Both the position numbers and the translations under genes were made by a program. Below the pieces are notes generated by a model, which ran no database searches, was not told the DNA's origin, and worked only from the letters and a program-made list of their open reading frames with translations. 64,000 nucleotides of DNA from Lama guanicoe (taxonomy: Eukaryota): positions 6,347,957 through 6,411,956 of the forward strand of contig MU053881.1 of assembly GCA_013239625.1 (NCBI GenBank). Direction: 5' to 3'. Of this stretch, positions 39,540 to 51,218 are shown piece by piece; the stretch's first letter is position 1, and each line of letters opens with the position of its first letter.

Positions 39540-39785
39540 TGTAACAACACAAGAGTCTCTGGAGAAAGAGTAAGTGGGTTTGAATCATAGCTCCCCCACA
39601 TACTAGCTGTATGACTCATCAATGGAAATACCCCTTGAGCCTCAGTTTTCCACATAAAAATTAGGGTACGGCCAACTACACTGTAGGGTTGTTATGAGGG
39701 TTAAAGTAAGATTGGACGGGTAGCATAGTGAACAGCACACACATGAAAGTTGCTCCATAAATGGCAGCTATTGTTACTATTCTTT
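39540..39785 (+). mobile_element. MIR SINE, near full length
   Basis: gtctctggag...gggtttgaatc...tactagctgtatgact...gagcctcagttttccacataaaaattaggg...agggttgttatgagggttaaa. Confidence 0.85.
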
Positions 39786-39889
39786 ACTAAATCTTTCCCA
39801 AGAATTTAAAAGCCTCCCAAAGAGAAATTACAAATTACACACGTTTTGTGATAACTGAAATACATCACATACTCATTTCTGATTTCATC

Positions 39890-41110
39890 TCACAACTATT
39901 TACTAACTCAGAAAATATGCGTGGTGCTGGAGATGCAACGGTGACCAAGACAGATACAACTCCTTCCCTTATGGAATTTACTTTTGCGAGGAAGACAGAC
40001 AAATAATTGCATTAATTGTAGTTGTGAATAATCACAGTATGAGAAGTACTTTGAAGACTAAAGACTAAGCAATAGGACTTCATATAATTGGAGGCTCTCA
40101 GGAAGGAAGGAAGGGTGAGGGAAGGCTGTCCAGAGAAAACAGTGTAGAAATCAGCAAAACAAAGAAGAGAGAAAGAGCATTCCAGGCAGAAGAAACAATA
40201 CATGCAAAGGCCCTGGTAAAGTATTTGGAGAATTCAGAACTGAAAAAATGCCAGAGTACCTAGAGAAAAGAGGGAAAAAGGAAAATGGTACAGGTTAAGG
40301 CTAGAGAGGAGTTTCTCTAGCAGATTCTATAAGCCACGGAAAGGACTTGGTATTTATCCTAATAGCAACGGGAATCCACTAATTTTCATTTTAAAAAAAT
40401 TACTTTGACTATTGTATGTGAGGAATCACTTCGAGGGATGCAAGCATAGATATGGGCAGACCATTAGGAAACTGCCACAGAGGCATGGAGAGGTGGCCTG
40501 AACTAGGAACATGTTAATACAGATAAAATTATATGAAATCAAATATTTAGGACAGAGAACTGAAAGGTCTTAACAGGTACAACAATGAGTTCCAGGTTGT
40601 AGACAAGAGTGTCAGATGCCATTTACCAAACTGAGAAATCTAAAGGTAAAGCAGCTTTTCCAGGGGATGTTATGAATTCTGTTTAGAGCCTCTCGAATTT
40701 AAGATGATAAATGATGTGAAGTAGACAGCTGGATACATATATCTAAAGTTCAGAAGACAAGCTGAGCTAGAGATATATAATTGGACTCTTCAGCAAATAA
40801 ATGGTAACTAAAGATACAGGAGTACATGAGACTGGGGAGAAAACAGAGAAGACAGACATGAAGACCTAAGTCCAGCTATGAAAAACAATGTTTAAAGGTC
40901 AGGCTTTATACAAAGAAGCTGAGAAGGAACTGTCAGAGAGATTAGAATAAAACAAGAGAGCATGGGGTCAGAGAAGCTAAGGAAAAGGAGAAATTGTTTC
41001 AAGAAGGAGAAAGCGGTCAATTATATTGAATGCTGCTAGAAGTTCATTAAGGGTAAAAAAAAGTATACACCAGCTTTATAAATACTACTGTCTCTGGTGA
41101 TCTCAGCTGA
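39890..41110 (-). mobile_element. L2 LINE 3' fragment
   Basis: Reverse L2 motifs ggtgctggagatgcaacggtgaccaagacagatac, gcattccaggcagaagaaacaatacatgcaaaggccctg and gtagacagctggatac. Confidence 0.8.
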
Positions 41111-41138
41111 AGCAATAAATGGTGTAGTTCTCTTATGT

Positions 41139-41326
41139 CAGACATGACAATCGTTTTCTTAAAAAGATCAGATAATACCTATTTGGCTTATGGGCCAACT
41201 ACTCGGCTTTGTCATTGCTGTTTAAAAGCAGCCAAAGACAATATAGAAAGGAGTAAGTGTGGCTGTTTTCCAATACTATATTTATGAAACAGGAACTGGT
41301 CCACAGACCATAGTTTGACAATTCTG
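41139..41326. mobile_element. MER58A-like hAT-Charlie element
   Basis: caactactcggctttgtcattg...aaagcagccaaagacaata...gtgtggctgttttccaata...ccatagtttgacaattctg. Confidence 0.75.
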
Positions 41327-41639
41327 TTTTATATCAATCAAGTCTCAGATCAGCAAGGCCTTTCCTGTTCTTCTAATCTAAAGTAGACTCTTCTTTCCAT
41401 CTCTCTCCATTTCATCTATCATACCATCCTGCATTACTGTCCTCACAGCACTTATCTAGTATCTTAAATTACCTTTGTGATTTGCTTAGTTATTAAATAT
41501 TTCTCTCTGCTTCCTCTGAAATGCACGTTTCATGAGAATAGAGATCAAGTCTGTACAGTTCACGTTTTTAAATCTCTAGTATCCAAAGCAGAGATGCTTT
41601 TCCTAGTACATTCAACGAGTATTTTTTTTTCTTTTCTGA

Positions 41640-44520
41640 AAGAGTGAACTTGCTCTTCCAGTCATGATGCCATAACAAGCTCCCCCACTTACCCATCTGC
41701 CTTCAAGAAGAAAAGTGGGCTAGATATAAGAAGCAGCAGTTTTGTGACAATGGAAAACAGGCAGTGCAGGACTGGGATTCCTATAAGAAGGGAACAAACA
41801 ATGTGAGCATTCTGGACCGTAGAGGAAAAGGGGGGATCCTAAGCATAGTACAGCAATCTCACTAAGCTGAGAAAATAGATGGAAGAGTTCAGAATCTGAG
41901 GTAACTTGAACTTTCAGGACAGAGTTTCAGAAGGAGTTTAAGAATGTTCGCAGACTTCTTGTCAGAAACTACAATAGCCAGAAGACAATGAAACACATGT
42001 TTAAATAGCAAAAGGAAAGAAAATGTCAAACCAGAATTCTATACCCAGTAAAAATATCTTTCAAAGGTAAGGGCAAAATAAAGAATGTTTCAGCCAAAAG
42101 GAAAGAAGCTGAGAGAATCTGTTTCCATCAACACCTGAACTATAAGAAATGTGGAAAAAGTTTTTCAAATGGAAAATAGAGAAGATATATAGAAATTTAG
42201 ACACACAAAAAGTGAAGTGTCAAATAGGACATATGTTGGTACATATAAAATCCTTTCCCTTCATTCTTCAATTTCTCTAAAAGATGACAACTAAAAAATA
42301 ATAACAATGTATTGACAGGCTTATAAATGTAGAAAGTACATGAGAACAATGACAGTAAGAGCATTAAGAACAGAAGGATTTAAATGGAAGTATAAAGTTC
42401 TACATTACATGCAAAGTGCTATAATACAATTTCAGGGTAGGTAAGTTAGAGATGCATATAATAAACCACAGAGAAACTGTTAATAAATTAGAGAAACAGG
42501 TATAGCTAACATATCAATAGTAAAGATAAAGTAAAATAAAATTTAAAAACTCAATCTAAAACTGGCAGGAAAGGAGGAAAAAGGAAACAAAAAACAGATA
42601 AAAAAAAAAACCTAGTAAAATGACAGCCCTATCAATAATTGTAACAAAGCGAAATGGTCTAAACTAGGGTCAGTGATCTCCAGACCAAAGGCCGAATCCA
42701 GCTTGACACTTTTTTCTTCATAACCTATAAGCTAGAAATGGTATTTGCATTTATTAATGGCTGAAAAAAATTTTGAATAATAGTATTTCATGACAGATGC
42801 CAAATTTTGAAATTCAATTTTCAGTATCCATAAATGTAGCTTTATTGGAACAGAATCATTTGAGATCATTTACATATTGTCTGTGGCTGCTTTTGCACTA
42901 AATAAATGATAGAGTAGTTGTTACACAAACTACCTACAAGGCCCAAAATATTTACTAACTGGCCCTTTACAGAAAATGTTTCCTAGTATCTAGTCTAAAC
43001 ATTTCATTTATAATGCAGTGATTGTGACACAGGATGCTGTGTATGAAAAAAACACTTCAGATATAGAGAAACAGGAAACAGGTAGATTAAAAAAAAAAAA
43101 AAGCCAAGGCAATTCTTGAAAAGAATATCAAATTTAGAGGACTTATACTACCTCATTTTGAAACTTACTAAAAGCTACAGTAATCAAAACACTGTAATAC
43201 TGGCATAGAATGGTCTTACAGATCAATAAGGAAAGAACAGAGACTTCAGAAATAGATGTGTACATATATAATCAATTAAGTTTCTACTAAGGGGCAAGAT
43301 AATGCAATGGAAGATAAAAAGTCTTTTCAGTAAGTGGTGCTAAAAGAACCTGGTATCCACTGTGGGGTAAATGAACCTCTACTCTATCTCACACCACAGA
43401 TAAAAAATAACTTGAAATTGATCACAGGTATAAATGTAATAACTAAAAATATAATACTTCTAGAAGAAAATACAGGAGAAAAGAGCTGTGACCTTGTGAT
43501 ATGTGAAAATTTCTTAGGACACAAAAAGTAAGCAAAAAAGAAAAAAATGATAAACTAGACTTTATCAAAATTAAAAATGTCTATTCTTCAAAGAATACTA
43601 TTTAGAAAGCAAACAGCAAATAACAAACAGCAAATCACTGATGGGGAGAAAACACAATGCATATGTCTGAAAAAGGACTGGTATACAGAATATATAAAGA
43701 ATATTCTATAATAAATAAATATATCAATAAGAAAAAGGCTAAAGAGGTGAACAGACACTTCACAAAGGGAGATATATGGAAGATCAGTAAGTCCACGAAA
43801 AGATGCTCCATATTATTAGTCATTAGGAAAATACAAATTAGTACTCTAGTAAAGTTCGACCACACACTATAATGGCTAAAATTTAAAAGGCTAACAATAC
43901 CAGATTGATAATGTTGGCAAAGATGTGGAGTAACTGAAACATTCAAAAATTGTTGGTAAGAATATAAAATGGTACAACCGCTTTGGAAAACAGTATGACA
44001 GTTAACACCTATCCTATTACTTGACAATTTCACTCCAAGAGAAATGAAAATAAATGCCCTCACAAAGACCTGTAGAAAATATTCACAGCAGCTTTTTTCA
44101 TAACAACAAAAAAGAAAAAAAGAGGGGAAAAAAGTCCATCAGCAAGTGAATATAAATATGTTGTAATGTATCCAGACAATGGAGTAATAAAAAGGAACAA
44201 ATATGTAATAACATGGATCAATCTCAAAACCATTATGCTGAGAAAATGAAGCTAGACACTAAAGAGTATATACTATGTGATTCCATTGATACGAAACCCT
44301 AGGAATGATAAATCTAATCAATAGTGAAAATAGTAGATCATTGGTGGCCTGAGCCTGGGAGTGGTGACTGACTAGAAAGGGGCACAGGGACATTTTATAA
44401 TGATGGAAATGTTCTCTATCTTGATTGTGGTGGTCATTATACGTTCATTATATGTATACATATACCTCCATCATAACTCATTAAATTATATACTCTATTA
44501 ACTAAATCTCAATAAATTTT
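41640..44520 (+). mobile_element. Old LINE-1 (L1MC/ME-like), heavily deleted, spanning the 5' region, ORF1, ORF2 and the 3' end
   Basis: ccagaattctatacccag (ORF1), aatggtctaaac (ORF2 start), aagctacagtaatcaaaacactg, and a 3' end gatggaaatgttctctatcttgattgtggtggt. Confidence 0.85.
42665..42992. mobile_element. MER58B-like hAT-Charlie element nested in L1
   Basis: Perfect 8-bp TSD gtctaaac (42657-42664 and 42993-43000). Internal motifs ttttcagtatccataaat...ttattggaacag and ctggccctttacagaaaatgtt. Confidence 0.9.
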
Positions 44521-45889
44521 TTTAATGTACAGAAGAGTGAACTAGAAAAGGCTAAAAAGAATGAACTTGAACAGGCTGAGAAATGAGCAGGTGATGAGGG
44601 CATGGTGATAAGCAGTATAGACAACACTTCTTAGAAGTCTGGTTATGAAAGAGAACTAAAAAATTAGGTAGTAACCAAAAGGGAAGCAATGTGGTTCAAA
44701 GTCCAACAGTTTGGTGACCCATTTTGGTTGGGGCCTGAGCTGGTGGCAGCAGGTCAGGCCAGACAAGCTTAGCATATGGTAGATGCTCAAGATAAGAAGC
44801 TGGATGCTGGGAAAAGCAGCTCTGGGAGCTTGTTTCAAACAAGTTCATATGGAATTGCAAGCAATATCAAGTAAATGACCACTGAGTAATAGTATTGCGC
44901 CATTTAAGGCAGTTCCAAAATAAATATGCACACAAACCCAATGAAATACAGCTTTTAAGATATGTCTATAATCAAAATAGACATTCAAACCTTTTGAACA
45001 TCTTTCAAAAATTGACTGTTTTCCTTTTTTGGGGGAAAAGGAAAGCTGACAGAATAAAGATAAAGCTATATAAGACATCTTAACATGATGGGAGAAATTT
45101 AAATGTAACTATTCTATGTTTTGATCATATCTGCAAGTAAGAATATCATTTTTTTAAAAAAAGCTTCCTTTAAAATTAGAATCTAAGTGAAATTATTTAG
45201 CTTGTTCAAAAAGTTCAAGTTAGAAAGTGATGATTTCAGCATACTAAACCTATCATGAAAATCATAAGACAACTGAAAATAGAATAGCAAATAATGATTT
45301 AAACAACAAGACGATATATTCCTAACACTTTCTCCTCTTTGGGTAACACTGAAAATTTTTCAATTACTATTTAAAAATTTCTACTTTCACTTACAAGAAT
45401 TACACTTCTCAAAAGATGACCAAGTTACTTGCCCAAATGCTTCTTCACTCTGAGTCAGAAACTTGATCAAAAATTGTTTTTTCAAAAACATCTTCCCCAA
45501 AAGTTAAGCAGTAACTAATATTACAATTCAAGGAAACAGATTTTTCAGTAAGGGTATATAACCTACAGAGATTGTGAATTTAAAAATAAAGACAGACTTT
45601 TATCTTGGAAGAATACTAATATCTCATTCCCTACACATAGGGCCAGGTAAGTGAAGATAGGCAACAACACTTGTGATGTAGAATTGGTAACTGCAGGATA
45701 ATCTTGTCAACTTAAGGTGTGCATTTCTGTCATTTAATCTATTTGCTCCATAGTTCAGTGTTGGTAAAAAATTAGCTCTTTTTGCAAATATTTTACTAAT
45801 AATTGTATTCTACAGCTATGTAGTATTCTTGGCAATATTGTTTAAACAAACATAATATTAAGGGCAATAACCAGAAAAATACAAATTGT

Positions 45890-46360
45890 AGGCTTTTGAA
45901 ACAGCTGGGTTGTTCTCAAAAATGTCAATATCATGAAAAAGAAAAAGTGACATAAAGATGTTTATATTAAACAGAAATAACTAAATTCAATATATGATCA
46001 CTGTTTCTAGCATTAAAAAAAGCTACACAGGACACAACTGGAAAAACTTAAATATGGACCATATATTAAATGATGTTCTTGTATCGGTTGTATTTGAGTG
46101 TGATAATGGTATTTTCATATACAAGAATATTCCTGTTCTCAGGAGACACATGAAAAGTATTAGGGGTTAACTGTCATGATGCATGTAACATATTCAAATG
46201 GTTCCTAAAAAGTTGAATGTAATGTGTACATGTAAATGTGTCATAGAATGAGAGGTAAAACAAATGTGGCAAAATGTATGGTATAAAGGCATTTGTTATA
46301 CGATTCTTTAAGTTTTTCTGTAGATTTGGAATTTTTTAAAATATACATGAAAAAAATTTT
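45890..46360 (+). mobile_element. Old L1 (L1MC/ME) 3' UTR fragment
   Basis: ttctcaaaaatgtcaatatcatg...gtgtgataatggtatt...ggagacacatg...aagtattagggg. Confidence 0.65.
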
Positions 46361-46744
46361 AATTTTAAAATAAAATTTTAAAATGTTTAAATTAAAAAAT
46401 AACTTCCCATAATTATGAAAAATCTGTGAACATTCAATTCCTTTTTGATGAATAATATAAAAAGATTACAGAGGAGTAACTAACTGCCTGCTAGAACAGT
46501 ACTAATGGAGACCACAGAGGCCATAAAGAAAGTAGTTATCCTCATGTAACACCCTGATCGTTTCTGATTACAAACTGGGGAATAACATCAATAGTTACTC
46601 ATACTCTTATGTAATGGCAAATTAAATTAAATTAAAAAAAACTATAAGCAGTACAACTATCTATTATTAACTGAAATGATCTTAAGTTGATTAAATTATT
46701 TTCTTTCAGGTATAGTCCCTGGCATAAAGTTTGAAATTACTGGA

Positions 46745-47400
46745 GGCTTTTTGTCCATATTCATGAGGCATGTTGGTCTGCAACCTTCTTTTTCTGAAAT
46801 TTCCTTGTTGGATTTTGATATTAGTGCTGTAACAGATTCATAAGAGACTTGGAGGAGTTATTCTCTTTTCTTTTCTGATAGTTCGTGCTTGAGTGGTTTT
46901 ATTTTGAATGCTAAAATTTGACAGAATTCACTGTTGATGCCATCTGGGACTGCAATTCCCTCCATGGATAGATTTTTAACTATAAATTTAACTCATTTTA
47001 TTAGATATTAAGCTAGTTGGACTTTCTATTTCTTCTTTTCTTAGTTCTGTTTTTAAAAGAATTTGGCATTCTCTCTCAGTTGTCAAATTTACTAGCAAAA
47101 ATTTATATATAAGGTTCCCTAATTATCCTTTTAATGTCTGTAGGATCGATACTGATGTCACTTTTTTCATTCCTGATATTGATAATTTGTGGAGGTTTTT
47201 TTTTTTCTCATTTTTTGCTCCTTAATCTGTCATGCAGAATTTAATACATTTTATATACTTAACCTTTTCAAATAACCATCTTGTCATGTCAGTGGTGCTC
47301 CTTATTGACTGTTTCATATTTCATTGACTTCTACTCATATTTTAATAATATCCTTTCTTCTACTTCCTTTTGAATTTAATTTGCTAATTTTTCCTGAAAA
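46745..47400 (-). mobile_element. Old L1 ORF2 fragment
   Basis: tatattcatgagg...ttggtctg, agaattcactgttgatgccatctggg and tcattcctgatattgataatttgt (reverse L1 ORF2). Confidence 0.75.
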
Positions 47401-48429
47401 TATAAGGTAGACTACAATGAGTATCTATGACAACAAGTCTTGAGTAAAAAGTATTTTTCAGAAATAATGTCCCTAACTCTAGCTACACTGAGGTTGATCA
47501 TGAAGCATACAATCAAAAATTTTCACTAGAAAATAATTTAGAGATTACTCAGTTTATTATTTATCCTCCTGGGAGATTCATAAACCACTTTAAGAATCTG
47601 ATGAAATTACAAATCTTTTCACAGAAATGTATAACATGAAACTATTAACGTATTATTTCAAGGATCCTAGGATTCGTTTTTCCTAGTCTCATTCAATCCT
47701 TTCATTTCACACGGGCTAAATTTGAGGTTTTAACTACAAATAACTTACACAACTAAGCCAATATTAATAATAGATATGATTTAGGAAACATTAATTTTGT
47801 GTGAATCTCTGTATTTATTATCTCTAACCCTCAAAACAACCCCACAGAGTGCTTTACGGTGTTTTATTTAGGAAAAAAATCTGGTACCTAAAGAAGTTAG
47901 GTAAATTTCCCAAGGCCACAGACCTAAGTGATAAAGACAAGCGCTGAAATCAAGTTAATCAGATTCCAAAACTAAAATATTTTCCACCACAAAATGTGGC
48001 ATTAGTGGTAGAGGCAAAACTAGACAGCAAATCTCTTGACCCTGTCTTCCTCACTATATGGCTTAGATATGTGTGTTTAAGTCAGAACACTGACACGAAA
48101 ATTTAATAGGGCCAAATAAATTAAGTAATGTCATACTGTGACAAATAAATTATATAAATTGGAAAGGTACACTGTAGGAAATGTGAAGCACCTCTATGCA
48201 ACAGGTGTCAAAACACCCTTCTAAATGTGGTAACAGTAAAGAAAAGTGATACTTACTGGAAATACAAGTCCAGTTAGATTTCAATAATAAATGTAAATTT
48301 TCAGATTTAAAAGCAATTTTGCACTAAGAAACCCCAAAAGACTTTATGAGTTAAAAAGCTTGACTGAACAGCCACTTCAGTTTTACTATAAACAGAATAT
48401 ACATGTATCTTATTTTATATAGATAAAGG

Positions 48430-49175
48430 CTTCAAATAAAAAAAAAACACCCAATGTTGGCAAGAATATGGAAAAATTGAAACCCTTGTGCACTACTGAT
48501 GGTAATGTAAAATGGTAGGGCCAGTCTACAGCCATACCACCCTGAATGCACCCAGTCTTATTTAAAATGATAGAATGATGAACAGAATGATAGTTTCCTA
48601 AAAAATTAAAAACAGAATTACCATATGATCCAGCCATTGCACTTCTGAGTATATACTCAAAAGAATTAAAAGCATGGGCTAGGAGAGTTATTTGTATACT
48701 TGTGTTCATGGCAGCATTGTTCACAATAGCTAAAACATGGAAGCAATCCAAGTGTTCATCGACAGATGAATAGATAAGCAATATGTGGTATATATTCACA
48801 ACAGGATATTATTTAGCTTTAAAAAGGAAAGTAATTCTCATACTTGCTACAACACTGATGAACCCTGAAGACGTCAGCTAAGTGAAATAAGCCAGTCACA
48901 AAAAGACAAGTACTGTATGACTCCACTTAAACGAAGTACTAAGAATAGTCAAAATCATACAGACAGAAAGTAAAATGGGGGTTATGGGTAGGGGAAAATG
49001 AAGAGTTACTGTTTAATGGGTACAGAATTTCAGTTTCACAAGCTGAAAAAGTTCTGGAGACAGACTGTGGTGATGGTTACACAACAATATGAATGTATCT
49101 AATACCACTGTATATTTAAAAATGGTTAACATAATAAATTTTATGTTATGTGTATTTTGCCACAATAAAAAAAAC
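48430..49175 (+). mobile_element. L1MA/MB-like 3' end
   Basis: aatgttggcaagaatatggaaaaattgaaaccc, ccatatgatccagccattgcacttctg, and a 3' end ttatgtgtattttgccacaataaaaaaaa. Confidence 0.9.
48524..48563 (+). pseudogene. 3'-truncated 5S rRNA retropseudogene (nt 1-40)
   Basis: GTCTACAGCCATACCACCCTGAATGCACCCAGTCTTATTT matches the recalled mammalian 5S 5' end GTCTACGGCCATACCACCCTGAACGCGCCCGATCTCGTCT at 32/40 without gaps. Six of the 8 differences are CpG transitions. Confidence 0.88.
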
Positions 49176-51033
49176 TTGGGAAAAAGAAGATGTCAGTAAG
49201 ATTAATACGTATTAGGTTATAGCAACTGTATTAAAATTCATCTATCTCAAGTCACATATTTCAATCATCTGTGAGAATTGTCATATTTTTCTAAGCACAT
49301 AAGAAACTAAACTGAATATACAGTATTTATTTTTATGCTGGCAAAAGACGGTATCAATTCTGAATCATTTAAATATTAGTTTACAAATACTGCTTATAGC
49401 TTAATAGCATTGTAGATGCAGCTTCAGAGATATTGGCTCTAGACAGTAATTATATACTCAGACTAATGTTTCAGTTAATGGACGTGCATTTTAGTGATAA
49501 TTGCAATGCTTGAATATAATGTGCCTTTATTAGCAGTAAAAAATAAAGCCAGCTTATCCAACTGAAAAAAAGGCTGTTTATTTTTATAATTGCTTAATTT
49601 TTATTAAAAATATTATCAAATGGTAAAATGAAAACCTGTAATAAATACTAGCATTTTATTTAAAATTATAAAAATATACATAAAAACTTAATTATGGTGA
49701 ACAACGTAAGCTGAAGTTGTAAAAAATGAATTAATGTAATGATCCAAGAAAATAATTAGATAATCTAATAATCAGACTAGATCCAAGAAAATAATCATTA
49801 CATTGGGAATGTAAAGGCCTAGATTCTAGTTTTCTCTCTAACACTTGCTAGGTATGAGACCTCACAGGCCCTCACTATTAAAACAGGGTTAAAAAAAACC
49901 AACAACGAACTGCCTCAAGGTAGCAGATGATTTATCAAGATTCTTTCCAGTTCTAAACTTTACAGTGTCATTACAGTTTATAAATATTAAATTAAAAACT
50001 TAAAAGTAAAATATTCTAAAATGTGATATTCTGTCTAGGTTCATGAACATTTCTATATCTAGAAAAAAAATACTCACAAATGATAAGCTACAAAAAACCA
50101 CAGAATTTCTAATCCAAAATAGAAAATATTTTATATAAATTAAAAACAACAACCCAAGTCCTGTGCCCCTCTGACACTTTTCTTTCATTGAAATTATAAT
50201 AGATGACTTAATTTCCCATCAGCAAAAGGACCTGGACAGACATCCAAGACACAAGTAAAAGCACAATAAAACAGAAGAGTCGGTAGGCCCATTTTTAATT
50301 AGTAGCGTTAAAATGCCCCAGAACCTCAACAAGACTATTAAACTGTTGAACAGAAAGGGCTTACTACTAAAGTAATATTGCTATCAAAGACCTGTACTAC
50401 TTTTAGTACTGAAGTCATTTTTATGTCAATATACATTTTTCATATTATGTGAACACATCCAACATTTAAATACCATGACAAGGTAAAGTGTAATCGCAAT
50501 CATTTTGGTAATTTTACATGGGTATACGTAAAAACAAAATAAATTTTTAAGATGCCAAAAGCCAGAAGTTTATAAATGGGCTCCACCACAGAATGGCCTA
50601 AGTGTTCCTAATTATTTGAAATGGCAATTGTTTCAGCCTGACAATTATGTTCAAAATGCTATATTCAAAAATGTATGCCACAACAATAAAATTCTCCAAA
50701 GTCAATGAGGAACAAAGAAATGATAAACAGTGTAAGATTTAAAACAGCAAATTTACGTGCATTTGGCAGACTTCACAGCATCCTGAAAAATTAAGTATGA
50801 TAGAAAGTAATATGAAGATCCTTAGACTTTTTCTACGTAATCAAATTAATTGTAAAGACATAAACACTGGTTATTTTTAACGTTTCTTTTAATAAGAAAT
50901 AATAGAAAATACAGAAAAGCAGAGGAAAAATTTAAATTTCTCTTTAGCTGTCATGAGAGATAAAGAAAGTGAGTATTTTGGTTCATTTCCTTATAGTCTT
51001 TTTGTTCCTCCTTTTAAAATACAGTGGGATCTT

Positions 51034-51218
51034 GTGGAGAGTATAGCTCAAGTGGTAGAGGGCATGTTTAGCATGGACAAGGTCCTGGGTTCAATCCCTA
51101 GTACCTTCTCTAAAAATAAATAAACCTAGTTACCCCCACTGCCATAATAAAAATAAATAATACAATGATAAATAAATAAAATACATATTTTTTAAAAAGA
51201 CTGGTCAGTTTAAAAAAT
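51034..51218 (+). mobile_element. tRNA-derived SINE (camelid-type), long form
   Basis: A-box tagctcaagtggtag, B-box gggttcaatccc, aaataaacctagttacc segment, and TSD ata(c/t)agtgggatctt at 51019-51033 and 51219-51233. Confidence 0.92.

Noticed and set aside
43635..44063. 142-aa minus-strand ORF (and the 129-aa ORF at 48410-48799)
   Set aside because: Antisense frames of L1 3' remnants.
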